A DNA stretch of 64,000 nt from Chiloscyllium plagiosum (taxonomy: Eukaryota). The notes beneath the pieces were generated by a model. The model was not told the DNA's origin and did no database searches. It saw nothing but the letters and a program-made list of their open reading frames with translations. The translations under genes were made by a program, and so were the position numbers. Shown here piece by piece: positions 11,782-24,286 of the stretch. Each line of letters begins with the position of its first letter. Within the stretch, counting starts at the first letter, position 1. The stretch is taken from contig NC_057749.1 of the NCBI RefSeq assembly GCF_004010195.1, positions 13,239,840 through 13,303,839 on the forward strand, written 5' to 3'.

Positions 11782-12845
11782 ACAGACTCCATCATGCACC
11801 ACATGCTGTTTTCAAATTAGAAGCTTGAACTTCAGTCCCGATCACAAAGAAAGCCAGCTAATGATAAAGAATTTCACAATTTCACTAACCTCTGAGAGAC
11901 GAAACTGGTCCTTGGCCTCAAGGTTTGCTGTTGCTGGAATTCCTTTGTCAGGTTCCTTCCTGTGCTACCTCTTGCTGATGGGTATTCTCGAAGAATTGTG
12001 TCTCTTCACACAGGAGGTTCCTCCAAGTTAGTTTCTCCTGAGTGAAGGTCTCAGTTGTTGACGTCCATGTTGCACTTCTTGAGGGAAACATTCAGGAAGT
12101 CTTTTAAGTGCTTCCTTTCATCCACTCTCAAGGGGGAACAACCTGTAGGCATTTACCCTGTCAATGAGATTACCTCTCATTGTTGTAATCCCCATTGATT
12201 ACAAGCCTAACATACTCAACCTGCCCTCAGAAATCAATCCCTCATGATTGGGATCAACCAAGTGAACATTCTCTGGACTGCTTCCAATGCTAGTCCAATA
12301 TATCTTTCCTTTTCTTCAGATCAACTCTCTCCACAGATGCTGCCAGACCTGCTGAGTTTCTCCAGTAGTTTGCTTTTGTTTTTTCCTTATTTTTATTCGC
12401 TTTAAAAGAAAGGTCAACACTCCACATGCCTTTCCCGTTATTTGCTGAACATTGAAAAGTAATTACTTTTGGTAAGGCAATCCTACAATGGCATGCAGTT
12501 ACTTAGAAATCACAGCACTGTAACCAGGTAATTTAGCTGAACTGGTTTATCTCCCCGAAATAAGTAGCCGGCTAGTTTTGAATTAGATGCAAGAATTGGA
12601 TGAGGCCTTCAGGTAACAATATTTATGAAACAATATAAATAAATGTTATAATTACATTTTATATGATTGTGCAAAATCTATATATAAAATATTATATTGC
12701 ACGTTAATCATATAGAAATGTTATTGTCATTCTATGCTTGGCAGACTGAAAGTAAAAGAAAATACCTTGTAGGAAAATATTAGGAAGTGTTTCTGTTAAA
12801 CCATCTTCACCTTCGTAAGAAATTTAACTGAACTACAATTATGTA

Positions 12846-12990
12846 GTTAAAAATCACACAACACCAGGTTATAGTTGCAACAGGTTTATTTGTAAGCACT
12901 AGCTTTTGGAGAGCAGCGCTTCTATAACCTGGCGTTGTGTGATTTTTAACTTTGTACACCCCAGTCCAACACCGCAGTCTCCAAATCATG
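12846..12990. mobile_element. Hairpin-shaped PLE-derived short element (family C)
   Basis: Same family as 6968-7110. 14-bp TSD ACTACAATTATGTA at 12832-12845 and 12991-13004. Confidence 0.8.
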
Positions 12991-15900
12991 ACTACAATTA
13001 TGTAATAGATTTGAATGACTATTAATTGACTTGCACAGCAGCTCACAGAGATTTGCATTGAGCCAGAATATATTAGTATTGAGTATAATACATTTGCATA
13101 TCAGACAATCAAAAATGAGAGACTTTGGATATAAGAAATTTCCAAATAATGTAAGGGACAGAAAATGGATCCACTTGTACTGTTTTCCATAATGAGATAG
13201 ATAAGATTAATGGATACAATAGATAGCCTGACAGACAAATAGATAGACAGGCTTTTTCTATACCCATTCATGATTCTATTACTGATGATCCCATAGAAAC
13301 AAGTTTAACTAAAATTACCTCCTATAGATTGCAAATTTATACACACCACCCTAGATCCTAAGGGAACTTGACAGAGTGAATGCTGGAAGGATGTATTCCC
13401 TTATTGGAGAGACAAGGATGAGGGGACACAGATTAAACTTACAGGGTCAACATTTATGATGAAGATGAGGAGAACATTTCTCAACAGGTTGTGGATCTAC
13501 GGAAAACTCTTCTGCAGAGGGCACTGGAACTGGGTCATCAAATATATTTCAGGAAGATTCTTGACTAACACATGAGTCAATGGGTAGCAGGGGGCAGGTA
13601 GGAAAGTGGAGCTGAGTCTGGATTCAGATCAACTGTATTCATATTGTGTGGTGGAGCAAGAACTGAATGGCCTGAGCATGCTCCTAATTGTAAGTGATCA
13701 CCTGAGAGAGACAAAACACTGGTTAAAAAATCCAGGATAAATTGGGTTGGGGTTGCAGTTGGGGGTAAAACAAAACCTGTGAGATCCCTTAGGCAATACA
13801 AACTGTTCCAGGAAATTGCTGAATGTGACCTGGATATGCCTATGGCATTGCCATGAAACTTGATCTAAAGTCACTAAAGAGACAGATATGTCCAAATAAA
13901 AATTTGGAGAGTAAAAGGAACAATGCAGCCTCTTGAGTCTGCTTAGCCACTCAGTTCAACCGTGACTGACTAACAAGCCTGTAAAATACATGAGGGATAG
14001 CGCAGTGTGCAGTAATAATGGTTGACTAAGTGCTTAATGCAATATGAAATGTAATTTTTAATTTGCATATTAACAGTTACCATTCTGAGAGATGTGACTG
14101 TAATTAGGTCTATTTAAATGTATTATGAATGGAAATCATATACAAGAACAATTTTCTCAACAGGAACAGCATGGCTGATTTTTTGTAATTAGTTCTCCAG
14201 GGTTTGTTTTAATAGCTACTTCCTGCAGATTGATGAGCAGAAGGATCAGGCATTAAGTAATTGTATCTGAACTTTTAGTGAAGAGTCATTGTGTTGTCAA
14301 GGTTATCTATAATTTCCCTGTCCCTTGTAATTTTTCGTATCACTTTCCTCTTGTGATGCATTTTGGGGTTCAGCTCTGTCCACTTTTTCCTAACCTAAGT
14401 GACCATCCAATTCTCTGGGCTTGGCACCTTCCTTCACTTGCAAGTTTAGCATGGACACCTCTTATCCATAGATGAGAGGGTCCTCCAGCAGTGCAGTGCT
14501 CCCGCAACACTGGATGGTACAATCAAACCAAAAAGGTAGCAAAATAAACATCAGGAATCACTAGATGCAAATATATACCTTTGGTGATCTTACAGAGGTT
14601 TATAAAATCACAATGGGCATAGGTAAGGTGAAAGGTCAAGGTTCCCAAGGGTAGGGGAGTCCAAAACTAGAAGGCATCAGTTTAAGGTGAGAGGGGAAAG
14701 ATTTAAAAGGGACCTGCAAGGCAATGCTTTTATGCAGGGGATGGTGTGTATGTGGAATAAGCTGTCAGAAGAAGTGGTAGAGGCAAGTACAATTACAACA
14801 CTTAAAAAACATTTGGACAAGTACATTGATAGGAAAGGTTTAGATGGATATGGACCAAAAGCAGGGAAATGAGACAAGTTCAGTTTAGGATACTTGGTCA
14901 GTATGGACAAGTTGGGCCAAAGGGTCTGTTTCTGTGCCTTGTGACTTTGTGACTCTAAGTTCTATGGAGTTGGAGTCGAGCAGACCACATTTCTGACAGC
15001 AGGGTGAGATTGTGTCCCACAGGGGTGGGGCTGTCAGCATTTACTGAGGTCTCACTCGGAGTATTACAGATAGACTGATCCTGTGCTTGCTGAGCTATCC
15101 AAACAATGCAATACCTTGCATGGGATGACAATCAGGACTTAGATATCTGTCCACTCTCAAAACCAAAGTGCCAGTGCAGCTAACAACAGCTAACAAAGTA
15201 TTGATTGACATTGAATCTGAGACATATGGCAATATTTAATGGTTATTTATTCTGGTTATGTTTTGGTATTCTTTTGCCTTTTCCAATATCGGTGCTGCAA
15301 GATTGTGAACTGAATGGGACCATTATGTAATTTATTATTATTCACATAAATCAATAAAAAATTCCAATCAGCAGAAAAGACCAAATCTAACAAACCTGCT
15401 GAGTGAAGTGTGTTTTGCTTAGAATAAATGGTTAAAAATACAAAGAAATGATTCTGCCTGTCAGTCCTTGCCTTGTCTAAAAATCCTTCCGTGACCTCAG
15501 TCCCTATGACCTTGGTGATCTCCTCTGATCTTATGGGGAAGGCAGTGGTGTAGTGGTCATGTCACTAGACTAGCATACCAGAGAATAATGTTCTACTAAC
15601 CGGAGCTTAAAACCGACTGGTGGAATTCAGTGGCAACAAACAAATCTGTAATACAAACCTGGTAATCATAGAATGTGCATTTCTCTTACATAATATCCCA
15701 GTCATTCCTAAACTGTTATATCACTTGAAAATTAATGTAACCCGTAGACAACAACAAAACAGCAATAAAGCAGCTTCTGTAAAATTCAGCTTCTAATTTT
15801 TAAAGTTTGCAGATGTTGGACGAAATGTGTAATATATCACGTAATAATGAAGATCAGTGTAAGGAATTTCAGGCTTCCAATGAATGGGCTATCGCTAAAT

Positions 15901-16564
15901 CTGCAATCATTGTTGCATTTGATAAGCTGTATCAGAATCCTCTGTAGATTCAGATACATCACAATCACAACACAGCTTACAGCCACCACAGCCAAACTAT
16001 CAAACAATCAAAATTCATCTTGTGATTTAAAAACCGAAAGAACTGCAGATGCTGTAAATCAGAAACAAAAGCAGAAACATTAACTCTGATTTCTCTTCAC
16101 AGATGCTGCCAGGCCTGCTGAGCTTTTCCAACAATTTCTGTTTTGGTCATCTTGTGATTTGTTGCTTCTCACTGTCCAGACCATACGAGGAGTGCTGGCA
16201 AATTAATGTGATTTTTATTTTTCCTAAACCCCATTCATTTTCTCTGCAACGCTCAATTTTTCAGGGAGTTCCTCAGCGTAGTCACAGACATTGTGGTACC
16301 AAATGTCGGGGAGATGATCTCATTGAATGGCAAAAAAGATTCAATGGATTGAACAGCCTAATTCTGATCCTGTGGCTTGTGGTGATATTGATGGCCAAAA
16401 CTTTAATGGGCTTTTGATGATGGGGGTGAGAAATAACAAATTAGAGATGTACAGAACACAGTGAGATGGACCAAGAGAGAAATCAGGAGGGCAAAAAAGG
16501 GGACATGAGGTAGCTTTGGCAAATGGGGTTAAGGAGAATCCAAAGGGTTTTTGCAAATACGTCT

Positions 16565-17064
16565 NNNNNNNNNNNNNNNNNNNNNNNNNNNNNNNNNNNN
16601 NNNNNNNNNNNNNNNNNNNNNNNNNNNNNNNNNNNNNNNNNNNNNNNNNNNNNNNNNNNNNNNNNNNNNNNNNNNNNNNNNNNNNNNNNNNNNNNNNNNN
16701 NNNNNNNNNNNNNNNNNNNNNNNNNNNNNNNNNNNNNNNNNNNNNNNNNNNNNNNNNNNNNNNNNNNNNNNNNNNNNNNNNNNNNNNNNNNNNNNNNNNN
16801 NNNNNNNNNNNNNNNNNNNNNNNNNNNNNNNNNNNNNNNNNNNNNNNNNNNNNNNNNNNNNNNNNNNNNNNNNNNNNNNNNNNNNNNNNNNNNNNNNNNN
16901 NNNNNNNNNNNNNNNNNNNNNNNNNNNNNNNNNNNNNNNNNNNNNNNNNNNNNNNNNNNNNNNNNNNNNNNNNNNNNNNNNNNNNNNNNNNNNNNNNNNN
17001 NNNNNNNNNNNNNNNNNNNNNNNNNNNNNNNNNNNNNNNNNNNNNNNNNNNNNNNNNNNNNNNN
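16565..17064. other. Assembly gap (500 N)
   Basis: Run of N. The round size suggests a placeholder of unknown true length. Confidence 0.99.
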
Positions 17065-17113
17065 CAAGTTGAGGGAATAATTTGGCAAAATGAACAGTAA
17101 TGTCTTCAGTGAA

Positions 17114-17343
17114 CAAAGTTTGAAGATCACACAACACCAGGTTGTGGTCCAACAGATTTAATTGGAAGCATACTAGCTTTTGGAGCACTGCTTCTTCATC
17201 AGGTGGTTGGTCCCACAACCACCTGATGAAGGAGCGTCGCTCCGAAAACTAGTGTGCATCCAATTAAACTTGTTGGACCACAACCTGGTGTTGTGTGATT
17301 TTCAACTTTGTACATCCCAGTCCAACACCAGCATCTGTAAATC
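17114..17343. mobile_element. Hairpin-shaped PLE-derived element (family C) with hammerhead motifs on both arms
   Basis: Long inverted repeat. 14-bp TSD ATGTCTTCAGTGAA at 17100-17113 and 17344-17357. Confidence 0.8.
17220..17254 (+). ncRNA. Minimal hammerhead motif, family C (one substitution)
   Basis: CAC-CUGAUGA-A-GGAGC-GUC-GCUCC-GAA-AACU-A-GUG. The inverted arm (17171-17205) shows the palindromic AGCU. Confidence 0.6.
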
Positions 17344-18707
17344 ATGTCTTCAGTGAAGCATTTGAATCAGTTATATTTTTCGCAAAATTGTGACAGATAT
17401 CTTTATTTCGCCTCATTGATGTTGAACCACAATCACCAAATTTATTGAGGTCAATTTTCCAAGTTAGCAGTGAAGTAAGGAGGACGAAATGTAATATTTG
17501 TGCTAATTTGGTTGTTAGTTCTAATAACAGAACCAATGCCACACAAAAGTTTCCCGCATAGAATTCTATATCCATTGATGGTATGTGGGCACTGCTGGCA
17601 GAGCCATCATTTATTGCCGATCAATGACTGCCGTCAAGAAGTTGCAGTAATCTACCTTTTTAAACGACAGTCCTCTTTCCAAGCCCCACAGTGCTGTTAG
17701 GAATGGAGGTCCGTGGATTTTGATGTCATGACATTTGAAGGCACAATGACATCTATTCCAAATCAGGATGATACGTAGCCTGAGGGGGAACTTGCAGGTA
17801 TCCCCATACATACGCTCCCCTCATCCCATTGTGATTGCAGCTTTGTAAGGTGTTATCGAAGGAACCTTGGTAAATTATTGCAGTGCATCTTATAAATGGC
17901 ACACCTTGCTGCCGCCCAGTTGATGGTGGTGGAGGAAGTGAATGTTGAAGGTGGTGAATAGGGTGCTACTCACGCTGGCTACGTTGGAGAGGTGATGGCG
18001 TCGTTAGACTCTTAATTCAGAAACCCAGGCAATGTTACGGGGACCTGGGTTCGAATCCCACCATGTCAGATGCTGGAATTCAAATTTTGATTTTTAAAAT
18101 CTCTGGAATTAAGATTATGGTGACCATGAATCCATTGTCAATTGTCAGACAAAGCCATCTGGTTCACTAATGTACTTTAGGATAGTGTTAAACTACTTAA
18201 GTGTTATTGTAGTTGCAGCTAACCAGGCTAATGGAGACCATTCAGTCACACTTCTACTTGTATCATGTAGATGGTGGCACGGTGGTGTCAGGATTTGAGT
18301 TACCTGTTGAAGCATGCCCAACCTCTGACCTGCTGTTATAGGTGCAATGGTTGGTTCAGTTCAGTTTCTGCTGAACTTACATTCTGCTGAGAATGGTTAT
18401 AGGATTCATGTTGTTGTGGACTGATATATTCTGTGATTAAGATGTAGATGTATTTTAAAGCGTCATCTCACTTTAATACCTCACTGTCAGAGGCCAGTCA
18501 GAATTTAGTTGTTGGAGGTGAAAAGGTTTACAGATTGCAAGGAGTTTATCATTTCTTGCTCACAGAACATAAACAGCACGTTTTCTATATAACATCTCCA
18601 TTTTGAAAAGTAATTAACACCCTCAATGAAAATCAGTGAACTCAGTAACACCTTTAGAATTTTTGGCCTTCCCTGTTTCAAATTCAGATTATTTCCATAT
18701 TGCAAGT

Positions 18708-19435
18708 TGTTATGACACTGGGTAAACACTCCTGCTTAATTTAACCCAGCAACACAGAAAAGATTCATCCCGTGCAATAATCTGTGAAAATTTGAGAGAC
18801 CAAGAACTATTTAGAGTAAAACTTAACAACTTTATTCTCTGTTATACTTTAAGAAATAATTAAGTAACAACTGTTTAAATCTCCTTCCTCTAACCTATCT
18901 TTTATCTTCCCTTCTAGAATACTAGTCCAATAAAACCCCGTGATTAAGATTTACCAAAAGTTCAAGTTTTCAAAACCAGCCAGCTATCAGATCTTCTGTT
19001 TGGATCTTCCTGTGTCATCTTTGATTCTTCTTAGGGATTATGTATCACAGGTCACTGATTGATAAAGGAACCTTTAAGCGAGCTATTTTCTTGGGCAGTC
19101 TCTACATGCTGGTGGTGTGGCAGTTTTCCTCCCAACTGTTCAATTTTCCCTGGTTTGGCTCCCCCCCCCCCAGCATTGGATTGTGTCATTGGCTTTTAAG
19201 ATTGTCAATATACTCAATTCAAACTTGATTGGAATTTGGTATTTTTCGGGGTATAATTTAAACTGATTGGCCTAATTCGAATCTGTTTTTGTCTCTAGGC
19301 AACCAGCTACCCTAGCTACCCCAGCAGCTGGACTACATGTTACATTGTATCTTATTCAGAACACTTGGTGCTGTCAGGTAGTTCTGCTAGCTTTTAACTC
19401 TCTTAAAGATACTGTACACCCATATCTTCATAACA
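18708..19435. mobile_element. Probable solo LTR (728 bp)
   Basis: Inverted termini TGTTATGA...TCATAACA and internal AATAAA motifs. No clean TSD. Confidence 0.55.
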
Positions 19436-19987
19436 TGGTATATTGTCTCAAATCCGGCTGTCTAAAAATTGGCAATGTTGGAAAGCCGTTCAAAAGCAGC
19501 CATGATTGAATTTCAGTTATTATTAGTTGAGCAAAGTAGCTGGCTGGCTTTGAGTCTGTTGTATTCGTGGTCTGAATGATCCTTGACCCATTCTGACAGT
19601 ATATTGCTTGACCCAAAACTGGCAAGATTTGAAATCCAGCACAGACTTTGTCCTGAAGTGGGTGGTTTGAGGACATTTTACCCGTACTTACCCTGCTAAA
19701 ATAAAAGCATTTTGAGTTACTGTTGTGTCTTTCAGTTGTGTTCATAAACTAGTTCTGTCTGGATAGGTGAAAGTGAGGACTGCAGATGCTGGAGATTAGA
19801 GTCGAGAGTGTGGAGCTGGAAAAGCACAGCAGGTCAGGCAGCATCCAAGGAGCAGGAAAATCGATGCTTCGGGCAAAAGCCCTTCATCAGGAAGGGCTGA
19901 TGAAGAGCTTTTGCCCAAAACACTCCCGTTTGGATAGTATGGTTTATTGATTCTCTGATTGTCTTTCTCTCTCTCTCCCTTGAATAG

Positions 19988-20072
19988 GAAGTGTATGTGC
20001 TGCCAGAGACAGTACTTTATATGGCTGGCACTGATACCTTCAGTGCACAGAGTTCTAGCAGGCGGAAGAAAG
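19988..20072 (+). CDS. fbxo22: FBXO22 coding exon (equivalent to exon 3), 85 nt
   Basis: ag|GAA...AAAG|gt. Encodes EVYVLPETVLYMAGTDTFSAQSSSRRKK, matching recalled human NVRILPHTVLYMADSETF. Phase 0 to 1. Confidence 0.9.
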
Positions 20073-21188
20073 GTGAAATACAGTTCTTTGAATATAAAGG
20101 TTTTTAAAATTATTTTTTGTATTTAAAATAAAATTTTAAGTTAAGCAGTATAAATAACATGCTTGTTTTAATTGAATTATCAATTAATTTGTATTAAGAT
20201 CTGTGACTTGATCAATTGCCCTCATTTATTTTAATGGAAACTTTAATTGGGGTTCTAGTTTACATTCCATGTGACATTTCTGTCACCGTTTTCCATCTAA
20301 CTCTTTAACATTTCCTTCTCTTCCCTTCTCCCTCATATTTAACAAGCTTCCCCTCGAACACACTTGCTCTATTTGCCTTAGCTATTCCTTATGTTGATGA
20401 GTTTTTCAGGTTTTCACCATCCCCTGGGGTTTGATCTTAAAGACTAATGGCAATTCTTTTTTCAATGCAATGTTAGACGTTGAGTATCTCACTCCCAATA
20501 ATACCCATTTACTCAATCCAATGCTGCAGAGCTGTGTTTCCTCACAATTTTATTCATGGGATGATAGTACTAGACAAAAATAAAGAATCCCATGTTGTAA
20601 GAAGTCTCATTAATGCACTCTCTAAAGTTACGCCTAATAAAAGCCAAGAAATTAAACCTTGAAAATAATTGCTTAAAATCTGTCTTCACGCTTCCAAACC
20701 AAGTTGGAGCAGCACAGTGGCTCAGTGATTAGCACTGCTGCCTCACAATGCCGGGGACCTGGCTCCAAGTCCAGCCTTGTGTGGCTGTCTGTGTGGAGTT
20801 TGCACATTTCTCTCTGAGTGCTCTGGTTTCCTCCCAAAGGATTGGTCATGGGGAATACAGGGTTAGAGGGATAGGGACTAGGTCTGGGTGGGATGCTTTT
20901 CGGAGGATCGGTGTGGACTCAATGGTCCGAATGGCCTGCTTCCACAGCGTTGGGATTCTGTGATTCTAGATGTGTGTCTGTTTATGATTTATGGCAGTTT
21001 CTAGCTATTGGATCCTTTTACGGTTCATTTATAATTCTCCCTGCTTTCTTATATAGGTATAATGTCAAATAGTTTAGTTGTTACTTTCACTGCCATTTGC
21101 TACTGTCTGTTTTGTTTTGTGTGATCATGAATATATATATATTATACTGATACTTTTCTTACCTTCTTTTTGACTTTGAATGTCTCAG

Positions 21189-21302
21189 AGAGAAGGGATG
21201 GGTTGTCAAAGAGAAGCAAAGCAGCAGAAATGGCAGCAAAATTGGAAAAGCTATTGCCTTTGGAGTGCAAAACGTTGGGGGTCAGTTCCCCTGGAATTGT
21301 CT
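21189..21302 (+). CDS. fbxo22: FBXO22 exon 4, 114 nt
   Basis: ctcag|...GTCT|gtaagt. Encodes (E)RRDGLSKRSKAAEMAAKLEKLLPLECKTLGVSSPGIV, matching human [20 protein letters not shown]. Phases fit both neighbours. Confidence 0.9.
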
Positions 21303-21764
21303 GTAAGTGCCATCTCTTGTGAGTATCTTATAGCCTGGCATTTGTGTGATTGAACAAGGTGAGTTGGACGAGAATGAAACTTTGAACAGAATCAACATCA
21401 AAATCCTTATTTGGGGGAAAAAAATAAAATTTAATCTGAATCATTCTCCTTCGTGTGAGGGATTTGCTGTAATGTCAGTCACACTCTTTGTTCCTGCACT
21501 TGTATGTTTTGTCCGCATTGAGAGTATTTCCCTCCATCTGGGAGCCACACTGTAGTAAAGATGAACAGGCATGTGGGTGTGAAACAGATTAAACATAGGT
21601 CCAGCGAGGAGATACTTCAGTTCAATTGAAGAAACTGGGACTGCCTTTAGAAGGTTGAGAGGAGACCTGTTGGGGATATTCTTGAGCATGGAAGAGAAAT
21701 CGAAAACCAGAGACAAAAAAATTAAAGTGAATAGTAAAGAACAAAAGGAGATGAGAGGAAACAC

Positions 21765-22460
21765 AGTCAGAAATAAGTGGAAAATCTCAGCAGGTCTGGC
21801 AGGATCTAAGAAGAGAAATCAGAGTTAACATTTCAGGTCGAGTCACCCTTCCTCAGAACTGATGGTAGATCGGAAAAAGTTGTTTTTTATGGAGAAGTTT
21901 GGTACGGGGGATGGGGGTACCTAGTAAACGATAAGTGGAGATAGGGCCCAAAAAAAGAGAAAGGAGTGGATAATGATCAGCCTACACGAATGAGGACAAT
22001 GGGTAGCTAATAATAGGTGGTGTATAATAGCAGACCATGTGATAACAAATCCTGGTGTGTGGGGCTGGGGTAAGGAGATGGGAGAAGGTGCCTCATTCCC
22101 TAAAATTGTTGAACCTGATATTGAGTCCAGAAGGTTGGAGAGTTCCAAAAATGAGGTGGTGTTCTTCTAGTTTATGCTGAGCTTCGCTGGAGCACTGCAG
22201 CAAGCCTGAGACAGAGATGTTGCCCAGGGAACAAGGTGGTGTGTTGAAGTGGCAGGCCCAAGTGTTTGGGCCCTTGGATACTGAGGAGGGAGGAATTAAA
22301 TGGGCAAGTGTTACACCTGCAGTCGTAGGGGAAGGTATCGGGCTGTGGGTAGGCATTAATTGTGAAGGTCGAGTGGACCACGGTGTCCCGCAGGAACAGT
22401 CCTTGGTTGTAGAAGGCTGACAAGAACTGGGAGGGTGTGATGGTGGAAACTGGAAGCAAG
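21765..22460 (-). mobile_element. Penelope-like element 3' fragment (decayed)
   Basis: The - strand translates to SVSGLLQCSSEAQHKLEEHHLIFGTLQPSGLNIRFNNF, typical of a PLE endonuclease C-terminus. It is followed by the family-B terminal sequence with a hammerhead motif. Confidence 0.75.
21823..21860 (-). ncRNA. Minimal hammerhead motif, family B, at the 3' end of a Penelope fragment
   Basis: AGUU-CUGAGGA-A-GGGU-GACUCG-ACCU-GAA-AUGU-U-AACU. ACGU appears decayed to AUGU (CpG). A related + strand copy lies at 641-683. Confidence 0.6.
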
Positions 22461-24118
22461 ATTGATAAATCTTTTCAATTCAAGGATCCCATAGATGCTC
22501 ATTCCAATCACTACAGTGTGGCTTTCAAAATGGGATTGGGTAATTATCTGTAGGGTGGAAAGTTGGCAGGTAAATGGAGAAAGGGTGAGGGAGTGGGACT
22601 GACTGAGTTGCTTTGCAGAGTGCTGTTATGGACAAGCTGGGCTGAATGGCCTCCTCCTGAGCTGCACCCATTCATATGTGTCAAGAAAGTGAATGCCATC
22701 TTGCGGTTCAGTTGTTGGGAGTGGCAAATGAACTGAATCTGACCCTGTCCTGCCAACATGCTTGTGCATTTTTTAAGCAGAAATTTCAAGTTTGCCCTTC
22801 AGTGATGAGTTCCTAAGCTAATTGTTGTTACAACATGGTTTGCTGAACTGTCCACCAAACTTCACACCTTTCAATGGGAAACGATGGTGCATGTTTTATC
22901 AAACATATATTAGTTTGTTGTGTAAACTGTGTTGAAATTTTATGATCTGCAATAAAACCTCCTGCACTTTGGAGTTTTGAAAGCCTTGAGCTTGTCTAAT
23001 CTGCTTGTTTGCGAAAATGACTTGGACCCATAGCAATGCTGAATGTAAAATCCAGGACTTATCCTTGGTCTAATCATACTTGTTGCATAATTTGAATGTT
23101 TGACTAGACAATATTTACAACTTTGTATTCTGGTGGAAGGTACAGATTGTCCACTGCATTGTCTCAAGGAGACAAAGAGTTTCAATAAATTGCAACTTGT
23201 GGTCATTATCCATTCTGATGCTCAGTAAACCGGCTGCATAATTGCAGTGGAAGTGTGGAACTGCATTCGGTATGGCAGCAATAGCATGTCATAATTGGTA
23301 ATCTGACATTTGAGCACAAGCACATGGTTTTAATACACATCTCACCCGATTCTGATCTGTAAAAGGTTAAGTTTTCAGTTGTGCTGTCCAGTCTTTCATG
23401 GAGTAATTTCTCAACAGTTAAGTAACTTTTCAGCCCAATGCTGACAAACCATCTGTGGATATTTCCCTCAAACTGGACTCCAACACGATAATCTCTCTAA
23501 CTCGGAAAGTCTGGTCCATTCCCTTGTGTTCTCTAACTTGAGGTGGGAAACGTGACGTTCTGTTTATTTTATGCTATTCAGTTTCACAGCCCAACTTAAA
23601 CACAATCGCCTTCTATATGTGTGTTTGGGACAAGCTGTCAAAGTGCTGAACCATATTTCTGACATTTATAAAAGGGATATGCTATTAGACAAAGTAATTG
23701 AACATTTTATGAAATTTCAGCCAAGTAAAGGCAATTTGTGGAATTTGAAGTATTTTGAGGTGTAAAATGGGTTATGTCAGTAATATTCTTGAAAATTCAA
23801 TACTTAGGATTAAATGTCCGTAATAATATCTTATAAATACATTGTCCATTGTATTGCCTGTGCTCAGTTGATGCACACATGTTTTTTGTGTGAAAAGTTG
23901 GCAACAGAGATTTCAGAAACCTAGTGGTTAGACCTTACATTTTATATCATTGTTTATACACAGGGTTTCCATTCTAAATGTTTACACAAGCAGTTTCAAT
24001 GCTAAACATTGACATAAAAGCATGACCAAAGGTTGATCTTTTCGCTAAAGAAAATACTTTATTGCCTCAGTTTTTGTGACTTTGAATTTATCGCCTGGTT
24101 AATAATTTGTTTTTTCAG

Positions 24119-24286
24119 ACACTCCTATGGGATGTGGCACACAGAGACCTCTTGAGGTGGAAGATGGAATTGCAGGGTTTGTTCTGCTCCTGCCCAAAAT
24201 TGATGGAGTGACAGTCAAACGCTTTCACTTGTCGAACAAAGATTTGAACAATAACGTGTTTGATCAAAAAAAACTCCAAGAGGCAG
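24119..24286 (+). CDS. fbxo22: FBXO22 exon 5, 168 nt, GC donor
   Basis: tttttcag|AC... Encodes (Y)TPMGCGTQRPLEVEDGIAGFVLLLPKIDGVTVKRFHLSNKDLNNNVFDQKKLQEA(G), matching human [29 protein letters not shown]. Ends CAG|GCAAGT. Confidence 0.9.

Noticed and set aside
16483-17218. Long ORFs across the N gaps (also 44956-45634)
   Set aside because: Artefacts of translating N runs.
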